Notes under the pieces: generated by a model
Databases searched by the model: none
What the model was told of the DNA's origin: nothing
The model's input: the letters and a program-made list of their open reading frames with translations, nothing else
Position numbers and translations under genes: made by a program
In this document: positions 41,833-52,102 of the stretch, piece by piece
Numbering within the stretch: position 1 is the stretch's first letter
Layout of the letters: the number at the start of each line of letters is the position of its first letter
NCBI GenBank assembly: GCA_019429005.1
Contig: JAHYJR010000002.1
Span: 32,001 to 96,000, forward strand
Reading direction: 5' to 3'
Length of the DNA stretch: 64,000 nucleotides
From: Nanobdellati archaeon
GTDB lineage: Archaea > EX4484-52 > GLR71

Positions 41833-43513
41833 CATGGATTTTGAAAAACTTATTTCTTCAAATATAAATGATATCCACTTAAAAGATTTTTTAGAAGAAT
41901 TACCAACTGACCCTGGAGTCTATCTAATGAAAAATGAGAAAAATGAAATTATATATATAGGTAAAGCCAAAAATCTAAAAAAGCGAATTAAAAGTTATTT
42001 TATTATATCAAAAACACAACATATTAAAGTCGAAACAATGGTTTCGCACATAAAATATGTAGATTTTATCGCAACGAATTCTGAAGTTGAAGCATTGATA
42101 CTTGAATCCGAACTTGTTAAAAAATATAAACCTAAATATAACATATTACTCAAAGATGATAAGGGATTCCCATATATTGCAATAACAATGAATGAACAAT
42201 ATCCACGAATTCTTGTAACAAGACGTCTTACTAGCAAAAAAAATCTGTATTTTGGTCCATACACACAATCAATAATAAACACAGTAACGGTTCTAAGACA
42301 AATATTCAAAATACGAAATTGTAATTATAAAAATTTTAAAAAAAACAAAAGACCTTGTTTAAGTTATGACATCAATAATTGTGAAGCACCCTGTCAAGAT
42401 AAGATAACACAAAAAGAATATCTAAATAATATTGATAACTTGATTATGTTGCTTTCAGGCAAAGATGATTTTGTGATTAAAACACTTGAAGAAACAATGA
42501 AAAAATATTCTAAATCACACGAATTTGAAAAAGCTAAAGTTCTAAGAGATCGTATAATCAAAATAAAAAAACTTCTTGAAAAACAAGTCATTGTATCAGA
42601 TAAAACGCATAATCAAGATGTTATAGGTGTATTTGGAGATAATGCTGGAACTTTAATCAATATGATTTTTGTCAGAAATGGTGCAATAACAGGAAAACGC
42701 AGTTATATGTTTTCATCAGATAAACTTAATTATATACAAAATGAATCAAAATTAATTTCAGAATTCATAAAACAATATTATAACACTCATGACAGATATA
42801 TTCCTAAAGAGATATTATTACCCTCTGAAATTGATGATAATGAATTAATCGCAGAATGGCTTTCAAAAAAGACAAATAATAAGATTAATTTGAAATATCC
42901 AAAACGTGGAAAATTAAAAGCTCTTATTGAGATAGCCAATAAAAACGCAAATTTAATGTATATACAATCTGAAGAAAAATCAATAAGAAATATTGAAATA
43001 TTGAACAAACTAAAATCAATCTTAAAAATGGATAAAGTACCGCGTACAATTGAAGCCTTTGACATTTCAACATTACTTGGAAAAGATTCAGTAGCATCTT
43101 GCGTCAGATTTAAAAATGGTGTTCCAGACAAATCCAATTATAGAAAATTCAAGATTAAAACAGTTGAAGAACAAAATGATTTTGCTATGATGAACGAAGT
43201 AATTAAACGTAGATATAAACGAATCATTGATGAAAATAAAAAAATGCCAAACCTAATTCTAATAGACGGTGGTAAAGGCCAACTAAAATTTGCTATTGAC
43301 GCTTTAAAATCAATTGGAATACAAAATCAACCAATTATATCTCTTGCTAAACGAGAAGAAGAAATACACATACCCTGGAGATCCGAACCTATTAAACTTG
43401 AACAAAAATCAGAAATATTGCATCTTCTAATGTACATTCGTGATGAATCCCATAGATTTGCCTTAAGTTACCATAAAACTCTTAGAAAAAAAAGTTTTAT
43501 TAAAAAACAATAA
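41825..43513 (+). CDS. uvrC: excinuclease ABC subunit C lacking the C-terminal HhH domain
   Basis: GVY..YIGKAKNL GIY-YIG, UVR domain, AFDIS, IDGGKGQL, RDESHRFA, then stop. Confidence 0.96.
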   Translation: MINMDFEKLISSNINDIHLKDFLEELPTDPGVYLMKNEKNEIIYIGKAKNLKKRIKSYFIISKTQHIKVETMVSHIKYVDFIATNSEVEALILESELVKKYKPKYNILLKDDKGFPYIAITMNEQYPRILVTRRLTSKKNLYFGPYTQSIINTVTVLRQIFKIRNCNYKNFKKNKRPCLSYDINNCEAPCQDKITQKEYLNNIDNLIMLLSGKDDFVIKTLEETMKKYSKSHEFEKAKVLRDRIIKIKKLLEKQVIVSDKTHNQDVIGVFGDNAGTLINMIFVRNGAITGKRSYMFSSDKLNYIQNESKLISEFIKQYYNTHDRYIPKEILLPSEIDDNELIAEWLSKKTNNKINLKYPKRGKLKALIEIANKNANLMYIQSEEKSIRNIEILNKLKSILKMDKVPRTIEAFDISTLLGKDSVASCVRFKNGVPDKSNYRKFKIKTVEEQNDFAMMNEVIKRRYKRIIDENKKMPNLILIDGGKGQLKFAIDALKSIGIQNQPIISLAKREEEIHIPWRSEPIKLEQKSEILHLLMYIRDESHRFALSYHKTLRKKSFIKKQ

Positions 43514-43535
43514 AAACAAAAATTAATTATAAGAC

Positions 43536-43732
43536 AAAATAATTTATAATAAAAATAATTTATAATAAAAATAATTTATAATAAAAATAATTATAATCAA
43601 AATAATTATAATAAAAATAATTTATAATAAAAATAATTATAATAAAAATAATTATAATAAAAATAATTATAATAAAAATAATTATAATAAAAATAATTAT
43701 AATAAAAATAATTATAATAAAAATAATTATAA
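43536..43732. repeat. tandem array of ATAATAAAAATAATT (15 bp, some 16-bp variants), about 13 copies
   Basis: Read directly; lies between convergent uvrC and the permease. Confidence 0.93.
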
Positions 43733-43770
43733 CAAAAAAATATAATAAAATAACAATCATTTCTCATAAA

Positions 43771-45009
43771 CTATTTACTTAAACTCTCAACAGGATTTAG
43801 ATTTGCAGCTTGTCTTGCAGGGAAAATACCGGACACACTACCAATTACTGTTGAAAATACAATTACGGCAAGACTTAACATTATATCAAATTCAATATTC
43901 AGTATACCTGTTCCAACAGTCATTGCAGCTGCAAAACCAGCCATTTTTGCGATACCGTAACCCACAATTGAACCTAAAACACCACCTGTAAAACCTAAAA
44001 TACTAGATTCAATCAAAAAGATCAATAAAATATCATTATTTCTTGCACCAATCGCTTTCATAATACCTATATCTTTTCTACGTTCAATTACTGAAGTATA
44101 CATAGTATTCATTATACCAAGACCACCAACAAAAAGAGAGATACCAGCAAGACCAATTAATATGACTTGCACAATATTCAATATAGTACCTAAACTATCC
44201 ATCAATTCTTCAGTCGTTTGTATAGTAAAGTCTTCTTTACCTTCTTTAACATCTCTATCTTTTCGCATAGCTTTCTTTATATCCTCAGCGACATCAGCAG
44301 GATTAAAATTATCTTTAACATCAACCATTATGATCATATAATCATCAGTCATATTAAATACTTTTTTTGCAGTTTCAAGAGGTATAAATATATTTTGATC
44401 ATCCATATTATTTCCAAGAGTCTCAAGAGAACCTATAACTTTTAAATCATAACCATTTATTTCAATTTTACTTCCAATAGTGACTTCTTTACCAAAAAAT
44501 TGTCCATGACGAACTCTTGTTCCAATAAGTGCATGATATGTATCAGTTGATCTTGCATCACGACCATCTTCAATCACAAAATTACTCATCCTTTGAATAA
44601 TCTTATATGATTCATCAATAGCAAATCCACTTATAAATGTGTTTTTTGATATACCTTTAAATTTGACTTGTGCCTCTTTTGTTATCATGCCACCTGCCAT
44701 ATCAACACCCTTTACAGATTCAATCAGATCAATATCGTCATCTGTAAGTTTTCCTGTTGACATAGCACCAGGCATACCCATAGAACCCGCAGAACCCATA
44801 GCACTTCCAGGCATAATCATAAGTATATCAGTTCCAATCTCTTCAAATTGTTGCATAATTGCAGATTCAAGACCATTACCCATACTGATAAGAGAAACAA
44901 CTGCAGCAATGCCTATAACTATACCTATCATCGTAAGATAAGATCTTGTCTGTCTTTCTCTTAAATTACGTAAAACGTAAAGGACATAATCATACAACAT
45001 AAGCATCAT
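43771..45009 (-). CDS. ABC transporter permease, MacB/FtsX family
   Basis: RSYLTMIGIVIGIAAVV, GIMNTMYTSVIERRKDIGIMKAIGA, PARQAANLNPVESL. Confidence 0.95.
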   Translation of the reverse strand: MMLMLYDYVLYVLRNLRERQTRSYLTMIGIVIGIAAVVSLISMGNGLESAIMQQFEEIGTDILMIMPGSAMGSAGSMGMPGAMSTGKLTDDDIDLIESVKGVDMAGGMITKEAQVKFKGISKNTFISGFAIDESYKIIQRMSNFVIEDGRDARSTDTYHALIGTRVRHGQFFGKEVTIGSKIEINGYDLKVIGSLETLGNNMDDQNIFIPLETAKKVFNMTDDYMIIMVDVKDNFNPADVAEDIKKAMRKDRDVKEGKEDFTIQTTEELMDSLGTILNIVQVILIGLAGISLFVGGLGIMNTMYTSVIERRKDIGIMKAIGARNNDILLIFLIESSILGFTGGVLGSIVGYGIAKMAGFAAAMTVGTGILNIEFDIMLSLAVIVFSTVIGSVSGIFPARQAANLNPVESLSK

Positions 45010-45467
45010 TTGTTTTGTATTAATATATAATTAATCATATCTTTGACTTTAACTGCAGACGATTCACATTCAACACTTAATTTATCATGAAAACCTATTC
45101 TTTTAGGTTTTATGCCAATAAATATTATTTCAGCTTCAGAATTATTTTCAAGATATTTTATAAAAAGTTCTAATGGCAATTTATGCGTTGAAAGAGAAAT
45201 ATCACGTATTTCATTTCGTTTTATAATTTTAATTTCGCCAGGCAAACCTTTAAAATCAGCAGCATCAACAAGTATAATCTTTTTAGGTTCAAAAGAAATA
45301 ATTTTTCCAACAAAATTCTCAGGAGCTAAACCACATTCAATTAAGTGTGCATTAACATTATCATATCTTAAAAGATCTAATACATACGGCCCGATACTAT
45401 CATCACCACGCATAGTATTTCCAATACCACAAATTACAACATTTTTTGAAATATTGTTTAAGACCAT
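45006..45467 (-). CDS. hycI: hydrogenase maturation endopeptidase HycI
   Basis: GIGNTMRGDD, PEN, VDAADF, STHKLP. Confidence 0.93.
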   Translation of the reverse strand: MVLNNISKNVVICGIGNTMRGDDSIGPYVLDLLRYDNVNAHLIECGLAPENFVGKIISFEPKKIILVDAADFKGLPGEIKIIKRNEIRDISLSTHKLPLELFIKYLENNSEAEIIFIGIKPKRIGFHDKLSVECESSAVKVKDMINYILIQNK

Positions 45468-45533
45468 AAAAATAATAGTTCATAAAAAGTTAAATAAACA
45501 TTTGAGAACAAAAATATTGTTAAGGTAGATATT

Positions 45534-45851
45534 ATGCATGATGTTAAAGCTGTGAGATATGTTATTGAAGAACTTAAACAAATCAAAACCTATAAAGCCA
45601 AAATCATACTTGGAGAACTTGTTACAACAAAAGAATCATTTAAATCAATGTTTGATGAGATGGTTAAAAACACACAACTCGAAAAAATTAAACTTGATAT
45701 AATTTCAATCAAACCAAGAATAAAATGTACTTGTGGTTATGAAGGAGGTATAACAATACCAAAAGGTGCACACCTGCATTATGTAAGATGCCCTGATTGT
45801 AATAAAATTGCAGATATTATAGAAGGTAATGAGATTAAAGTTATAATCTAA
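45534..45851 (+). CDS. hypA: hydrogenase nickel incorporation protein HypA
   Basis: N-terminal MH, GEL, CTC..CPDC, GNE. Confidence 0.85.
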   Translation: MHDVKAVRYVIEELKQIKTYKAKIILGELVTTKESFKSMFDEMVKNTQLEKIKLDIISIKPRIKCTCGYEGGITIPKGAHLHYVRCPDCNKIADIIEGNEIKVII

Positions 45852-45920
45852 ATTTAATTATAAATAAAGGTCTTCAACAAAATATTTCATATTTATTAAA
45901 CCCTTTAAACAAATAATTTT

Positions 45921-48275
45921 ATGTCCAATTTATATCTGTTTAAAATCAAAGGCACAGTTCAAGGTGTCGGATTCAGACCATACATCTATAACTGTGCAAT
46001 AAAAAATAACTTAAAAGGATATATCAGAAACACAACAGATGGTGTTGAAATATTAATTGATAACAAAGATAAAATGATATCAATACTTAAAAACATCCCA
46101 AAAGCTGCTAACATAGAATCAATCAATATTCAAAAACAAGAGAACATAATATTTGATAACAAAAAAGTTGATAACAAAACAGTTGATAACAAAACAACCA
46201 ATAACAAAAAAGGTAATACAAATAAAAATGATAAGGATACAACTGTTTCAGATTCATTCAAGATTATAAACAGCGAAACAAAAACAGATAAGATTTTATT
46301 ATCAATACCTCCCGATTTAGATCTATGTAACGATTGTCTTAATGATCTAAAAAATAAAGATAATAAACGTTTTAATTATTTTTTTACAACTTGTACAAAT
46401 TGCGGTCCACGATATAGCATAGTACACAAATTACCTTATGACCGCAATAATACTGCTATGACTTCATTTATTATGTGCCCTTCATGTAATACAGAATATA
46501 AAAATCCACAAAACAGACGATTTCATGCTCAAACAATAGCTTGTCCCTCATGTGGTCCTGAAATAAATCTGTATTATAAAAATAAAAAAATAATATGCAC
46601 AAACCCAATAAAAGAATGTGCTAAACTAATAACAGAAGGAAATATTATTGCAATAAAAGGTGTTGGTGGATTCCATCTTGCATGCAAAACAGACATAAAA
46701 ATAATCAATAATTTAAGAACATTGACAAGACGAAAACATAAACCCTTTGCAGTTATGGTAAAAGACCTAAATATGGCTCAAGAGTTCACTAATATAAACA
46801 ATCACGAAAAAAAAGCATTAGAAAGTATCGAAAAACAGATAGTTATCTTAAAAAAAAAAGATAAAACAATATTAAAACACGTTTCTGAATTAGACACAAT
46901 TGGTATTATGTTACCATATACCGCATTACATCACCTTATATTTGATCATATTGATTTTCCAATAATACTAACCAGTTCAAATATGCCCGGAGACCCTATT
47001 ACATCAGATAAAAAATATCAAGATCCATTTACAGATTATGTTCTTGACAATACAAAAGAAATTATAAACACCGTTGATGATTCAATTGTAAAAATAATCT
47101 CAGATAAAACATTATTGCTTAGACGTTCAAGAGGATATGTACCTAAGACAATTGATATTTCATTTATGACAAATAAGATTAATTGTAAAAATAAAAATTG
47201 TAAAAATTATAATTGTAAAAATAATTATACAAATCAAAACAATAAAATAAATAATAAAGATCAATGCATTCTTGCAGTTGGTGTCGAAGACAATACAACA
47301 TTTTGTATCTATAAAGACGGAAAAGCTATAATGTCACCATATTTTGGAAACACAAGAAATCTAAAAACATATGAGTATTTTAAAGAATCAATCACGAAAT
47401 TTCTCAAATTCGTTGATGCTGTACCAGATAAAATAATTTGCGATTTTAATCCAACATATATGACATCAATTTATGCTAAAGAATTAGGATCTAAACTAAA
47501 TATTCCCGTTTTAAATGTTCAACATCATCTAGCTCATATGTATTCTGCAGCAATCGAACAAGGGTTTAAATACAATACAAATTTCGTAGGTATCATTTGT
47601 GATGGCTCTGGTCTTGGACTTGATGGAAACATCTGGGGTGGTGAAGTATTCTATAAAGGTCAAAAAGTTGGAAGTCTCGAAGAACAATACCTTCTTGGTG
47701 GCTCAAGTGCTATTACAAATCCAAAAAAAATGTTATATTCAATACTCCGGAAATTTATGGACGATAAACAAATAACTGAATTTGGTTTCAAAAACAAGAA
47801 CCTAAAAATATTTTCAAAACAATATAACACAAAAATAAATTCATCAATAACTACAAGTTGTGGACGTATTCTTGATGCTGCATCTGCACTTCTTGATGTC
47901 TGTGATTATAGAGATTATGAAGGACGTCCAGCAATGCTTCTTGAATCCATATCTACGAAACCATATGATTTTGAACCGATAATAAAAACATATCAGAACA
48001 AACAAATTCTTATGACAACACCACTATTTGAATACTTAATAAAAAATATTAAAAAAGATAAATCTCGTCTTGCAGCAACCGTCCAATTATATCTTGCAAA
48101 AGGATTATATACAATCGCAAAAAGTTTTAATAAAAACATTATATTTAGTGGTGGTTGTGCTTATAACAAGATAATGACCGAATTCATGATTAAAAATTCT
48201 GTTAATATTGCTCAAAAATCACCTTGTGGTGACGGAGGTATCAGTTTAGGACAGATTGCATCTCAATTCTATTAA
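45921..48275 (+). CDS. hypF: carbamoyltransferase HypF
   Basis: GTVQGVGFRP, two Zn fingers (CTNCGPRY, CPSCGP), KGVGGFHL, QHHLAH, GDGGISLGQ. Confidence 0.96.
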   Translation: MSNLYLFKIKGTVQGVGFRPYIYNCAIKNNLKGYIRNTTDGVEILIDNKDKMISILKNIPKAANIESINIQKQENIIFDNKKVDNKTVDNKTTNNKKGNTNKNDKDTTVSDSFKIINSETKTDKILLSIPPDLDLCNDCLNDLKNKDNKRFNYFFTTCTNCGPRYSIVHKLPYDRNNTAMTSFIMCPSCNTEYKNPQNRRFHAQTIACPSCGPEINLYYKNKKIICTNPIKECAKLITEGNIIAIKGVGGFHLACKTDIKIINNLRTLTRRKHKPFAVMVKDLNMAQEFTNINNHEKKALESIEKQIVILKKKDKTILKHVSELDTIGIMLPYTALHHLIFDHIDFPIILTSSNMPGDPITSDKKYQDPFTDYVLDNTKEIINTVDDSIVKIISDKTLLLRRSRGYVPKTIDISFMTNKINCKNKNCKNYNCKNNYTNQNNKINNKDQCILAVGVEDNTTFCIYKDGKAIMSPYFGNTRNLKTYEYFKESITKFLKFVDAVPDKIICDFNPTYMTSIYAKELGSKLNIPVLNVQHHLAHMYSAAIEQGFKYNTNFVGIICDGSGLGLDGNIWGGEVFYKGQKVGSLEEQYLLGGSSAITNPKKMLYSILRKFMDDKQITEFGFKNKNLKIFSKQYNTKINSSITTSCGRILDAASALLDVCDYRDYEGRPAMLLESISTKPYDFEPIIKTYQNKQILMTTPLFEYLIKNIKKDKSRLAATVQLYLAKGLYTIAKSFNKNIIFSGGCAYNKIMTEFMIKNSVNIAQKSPCGDGGISLGQIASQFY
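46153..46212. repeat. in-frame 15-bp imperfect repeat x4 in hypF (DNKKV/DNKTV/DNKTT/NNKKG)
   Basis: TTGATAACAAAAAAG-type units. Confidence 0.85.
47181..47225. repeat. in-frame 15-bp repeat x3 in hypF (NCKNK/NCKNY/NCKNN)
   Basis: AATTGTAAAAATnnn units. Confidence 0.85.
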
Positions 48276-48358
48276 ATCCTTTAAATACAATATATTATTC
48301 CAATAAATACAATCTCTTTTAAATACAAATATTTAAACTAAAAAAACTAAATATCCTT

Positions 48359-48526
48359 ATGTTAAACAGTTCAAGTGCATGGGGTATAGGATTTATACTT
48401 GCCGGATTATACATAGGAATATCAATAAAAGATATTAAAAATAGTATTGTACTGTTATTGGTGGGTATTAGTTTAATTATTTTCAAAAATCGTGAAAATA
48501 TTATTGAAGTGGTGAAAAAGAAATGA
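48359..48526 (+). CDS. small two-TM membrane protein (55 aa)
   Basis: MLNSSSAWGIGFILAGLYIG..IFKNRENIIEVVKKK; its stop overlaps the next start (ATGA). Confidence 0.65.
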   Translation: MLNSSSAWGIGFILAGLYIGISIKDIKNSIVLLLVGISLIIFKNRENIIEVVKKK

Positions 48527-48843
48527 TTATTGTAACAACAGATTTTATTGAAGGGTATAAAATAACAAAAACATTAGGTGTTGTAGTTGGAAATACCGTT
48601 AGAGCTAAAAATATAGGTAAAGATATTATGGCAGGCCTTAAAAATATTGTTGGTGGCGAACTTAATGAATATACATCGATGCTTTCAGATGCAAGAGATG
48701 AATCCATGAACCGTATGATAAATAAAGCAACAGATCTTGATGCAGATGCAATCATCAATATCAGATTTATGACTTCAGCAATAACTGGTGGTGCAGCAGA
48801 ACTTATGAGTTATGGTACTGCTGTAAAGATTACAAAAAAATAG
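48523..48843 (+). CDS. YbjQ/UPF0145 family protein
   Basis: GKDIMAGLKNIVGGELNEY, DAIINIRF, YGTAV. Confidence 0.93.
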   Translation: MIIVTTDFIEGYKITKTLGVVVGNTVRAKNIGKDIMAGLKNIVGGELNEYTSMLSDARDESMNRMINKATDLDADAIINIRFMTSAITGGAAELMSYGTAVKITKK

Positions 48844-48890
48844 TTAAAAATATTTAGGTCAAAATAAAAAATTAACCTTTTAAAAATAAA

Positions 48891-49289
48891 TTAATTATAT
48901 GTCATTTTAGTTCTTTGAATAAATACATCTTTATACTCATCTGCAAGTTCAATAAACTGTTCATCCATTGTATTTTTTAAAGACACATTGGAACCACTAT
49001 TATCCAAATCTTTAGACTGATTTTTAAATGCACCAACATCTACTGTTGTAACACAATATAAATATTTATTTTCAAGACCCTTATCATTAAGATTATAATG
49101 TTTTGTCAACGCCCACCATACAGGATTTAAAACATTATTACCACTTAAATTATATTCAAGTTTAAGTTCTTCAAGATAAACCCAAAAATCTAAATTAGAT
49201 ATTGAACCGCCTTGCGATTCTACCCTTCTTATTGCATCACTGCAAATTTCATAGAATACTTCCCCTAACACACTTTTTTCATTAGCCAT
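48891..49289 (-). CDS. hypothetical protein
   Basis: 132-aa ORF; no motif recognised. Confidence 0.6.
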   Translation of the reverse strand: MANEKSVLGEVFYEICSDAIRRVESQGGSISNLDFWVYLEELKLEYNLSGNNVLNPVWWALTKHYNLNDKGLENKYLYCVTTVDVGAFKNQSKDLDNSGSNVSLKNTMDEQFIELADEYKDVFIQRTKMTYN

Positions 49290-49448
49290 ATTGAGCCTTA
49301 TATATCTTTGATTCTTATATTTAAAAACATTTGTTATATTAAAAAAAATACGAAAAAATTAAATAAATAAAACCAAAAAAAAGAAAAATAAATCAATTTA
49401 ATATCAAAATCATTAAATTATGACATTGATATTAAATCCAATCTTAAA

Positions 49449-50006
49449 TTATTTATCTTCAAGCTCCTTTGTTGCAATCATAATCATAATAACAGTCAAA
49501 GGCGTTGTAATCAAATTGAAAAATGGAATAAATCCACCCACTGCATTAATACCAAATGTTACAAGAGTTAGGATAACTGTAAATAACAGGTTATTTTTTG
49601 CAATATTATAACTTGCACTCATACTATCTGTAACACCCATATTTTTTATTATTGAAATTGGTATCGTATATATTAATAGGAAAGCTACAACAATTCCAGG
49701 TATAATAAACGCAATTACACCAATTACTACTAATATAAAAGTTAAAAGGAAAATACTCCAACTCCTAAAGAAATAATTGAATCCTTCAAAAACATCTTTT
49801 ACTTCAGCTTTTTCTTTTTTGACAAGCTTATGACAAAGCATAAAGAATCCGTATGAAAGCGGTGCAATCGTTATTATAAAAATAGAACCTAATGCAACAA
49901 TTAATGCTGAAATAACCAACATCACAAAATTATTTTTGAATATATTGAAAGCATCTGTAATAACAGTTTCAACTTTCAAATCTTTTATCTTCTCAACTTT
50001 TGCCAT
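49449..50006 (-). CDS. integral membrane protein
   Basis: APLSYG, DVFEGF, FIIPG; about 5 TM segments; SD GTGAT-TTAT-ATG. Confidence 0.8.
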   Translation of the reverse strand: MAKVEKIKDLKVETVITDAFNIFKNNFVMLVISALIVALGSIFIITIAPLSYGFFMLCHKLVKKEKAEVKDVFEGFNYFFRSWSIFLLTFILVVIGVIAFIIPGIVVAFLLIYTIPISIIKNMGVTDSMSASYNIAKNNLLFTVILTLVTFGINAVGGFIPFFNLITTPLTVIMIMIATKELEDK

Positions 50007-50099
50007 ATAAATCACATTTTTTTAATTAATATAATACTTAATTAATATAATATTTATTTGTTCTTAAGATATATAAAATAGTACATAATCAGAACATAA

Positions 50100-51086
50100 T
50101 CAACATATCCGCGGTATAATCCGACCTCGAGGATTTGAAAGTATTCTTTCACCAAATTTTGTCTTAAGAACAACACCCTTACCCACACGAACAGAACCAA
50201 TCACATCTGCATTAACATCAAATTCCCGTAATAAATTAACAACCTCTCGTGCATCATCTTTCTTAGCAACACAAACAAATCGACCTTCACATGCCATCTC
50301 ATACGGACTTATACCAAGAACATCACAAAGAGATAAGACCTCTCGTTTAACAGGAATCTTTGACTCATCAATATACAACTGAACTGAATCCTTTTCAGCC
50401 ATTTCATTCAAAATTGCTGCAATACCACCCCTTGTTGGATCCTTTGCAACCTTAATCAGATGTTTAATCTTAAGAACTTCATCTACAATAGGTTTAGAAT
50501 CTGTTTTGAGATTTGTATCGAAATCCAACCGCACTGCCATTAAACTTGCACCATGATCCCCGATAGACCCAGACACGATAATTACATCGCCATCACATAT
50601 AGATTCATCAAGAACCGTATCTGATATACCTACAGCAGATGTATTTATAATAATTTTATCTATTTTCCCACATTCCATAACCTTCGTATCACCTGTAACA
50701 ACTGGAATATTTGTAGCTTTTGAAACATCAGCAATAGACTTAATTATCTTATCAAGATCGGATTTAGAAAAACCTTCTTCTATCACAAAACTTACAGAAA
50801 TGCCAAGAGGTTTTGCACCCATAACAGCAATATCATTGATAGTACCACACATTGCAAGATGACCAATATCCCTTCCATTGAAAAAAATAGGATCAACTAC
50901 AAAAGAATCTGATGTAAAAAATATATATTTATCTCCAATAAGAATCGTAGCTGAATCATTATCAGAATTATTCCAATTACCACTACCACCAAAAGTATCT
51001 CTAAAAGTAGTAATAAGATTCTGCATTTCTTCTCCACCACTTCCCTCACTCAATGAGATCTTGTCATCTTTAATAAAAGAAACCAT
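50100..51086 (-). CDS. hypE: hydrogenase maturation protein HypE
   Basis: DSFVVDP, GTINDIA, TGDTKV, DPTRGG, C-terminal PRIC. True start ATG 51086, just after the hypD stop. Confidence 0.96.
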   Translation of the reverse strand: MVSFIKDDKISLSEGSGGEEMQNLITTFRDTFGGSGNWNNSDNDSATILIGDKYIFFTSDSFVVDPIFFNGRDIGHLAMCGTINDIAVMGAKPLGISVSFVIEEGFSKSDLDKIIKSIADVSKATNIPVVTGDTKVMECGKIDKIIINTSAVGISDTVLDESICDGDVIIVSGSIGDHGASLMAVRLDFDTNLKTDSKPIVDEVLKIKHLIKVAKDPTRGGIAAILNEMAEKDSVQLYIDESKIPVKREVLSLCDVLGISPYEMACEGRFVCVAKKDDAREVVNLLREFDVNADVIGSVRVGKGVVLKTKFGERILSNPRGRIIPRIC

Positions 51087-51090
51087 AAAA

Positions 51091-52101
51091 TCACGAATAC
51101 CTATAAGCAATTGAACATGTACCCTCATCTGAAACCATGCATGCCCCTTTAGGTGCTGATGATGTACAGACATTTCCAAAAAGCTTACAATCTTTAGGTT
51201 CAATAAGACCTTTCAAGATTTCAGAACATCTGCAAGCACTATTATCTTTTTCACTTTTAACATTTTTTAATATCTCTTGATACTTAATCTTTGCATTGCA
51301 TTCATCATCTTTAGGTTCAAGCCCTGAATTTGGTATAACACCAATACCTCGCCATTCAGCGTCTGAAACCTTCATAGTTTTATTTATCAAATCATTTGCT
51401 TTAATATTACCATCACAAGTCACAACACTATCATAACAATTAACAACTGACTTTTGCCCAGACTTTATCATTTTCAAGATCTCATATACAGATTCAAATA
51501 TCTGTTTAGGTGAAAATCCGCTGATAGCTTGAGGTACATTTAATTCGTCCCAAACATTATAACCAATAATTGTTGACACATGCCCAGGATCAATAAAACC
51601 ATCAATCTTAATTTCATCTTTAAGAAGTGCTTTCATTGGTGGTATCATCAATTTATGCGTTGAGTACACACAAATATTTTTCTCTAAAAGATATGCAGTC
51701 ATAGGTACTGTAGTCTCAAAACCTATACCAAAAAAGACAATATCTTTATGTTCTTTAGCTAAATCCAAAACATCAGTTGTGGATAAGACCTCAAATATTT
51801 TAGTACCATTTACTTTCACATCCTCAAGACTCATATTAGAACCTGGAACACGAAACATATCACCATAAGTTGCAATCGGTACACCGCTTAAAGCAAGCGC
51901 AACAACCGAATCAATATCTTTCTGACTTGTGACACACACGGGACATCCAGGACCCGATATTAATTTTATGTTTTTTGGAAGTAACGACCTAATACCATAA
52001 CGCATTATAACATTTGTATGCCCACCACAAACTTCCATTATAGAAACATCGGGCATACCTTTTGCAATATTATGTATATCTCTAAGTAAAGACCCCACCA
52101 T
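51091..52101 (-). CDS. hypD: hydrogenase maturation protein HypD
   Basis: EVCGGH, GPGCPVC, GFETT, PGHVS, GACMVSDEGTC. Confidence 0.96.
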   Translation of the reverse strand: MVGSLLRDIHNIAKGMPDVSIMEVCGGHTNVIMRYGIRSLLPKNIKLISGPGCPVCVTSQKDIDSVVALALSGVPIATYGDMFRVPGSNMSLEDVKVNGTKIFEVLSTTDVLDLAKEHKDIVFFGIGFETTVPMTAYLLEKNICVYSTHKLMIPPMKALLKDEIKIDGFIDPGHVSTIIGYNVWDELNVPQAISGFSPKQIFESVYEILKMIKSGQKSVVNCYDSVVTCDGNIKANDLINKTMKVSDAEWRGIGVIPNSGLEPKDDECNAKIKYQEILKNVKSEKDNSACRCSEILKGLIEPKDCKLFGNVCTSSAPKGACMVSDEGTCSIAYRYS

Positions 52102-52102
52102 A

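Noticed and set aside
32121-43732. Tandem arrays as CRISPR
   Set aside because: Units are 9-16 bp, head to tail with no unique spacers, and there are no cas genes.
43560-43760. 66-aa ORF with IIIIF repeats
   Set aside because: It is just the translation of the 15-bp intergenic array.
51087-51203. Long N-terminal extension of HypE given by the ORF track
   Set aside because: It overlaps the hypD 3' end; ATG 51086 follows a GTGAT SD and matches the family start.
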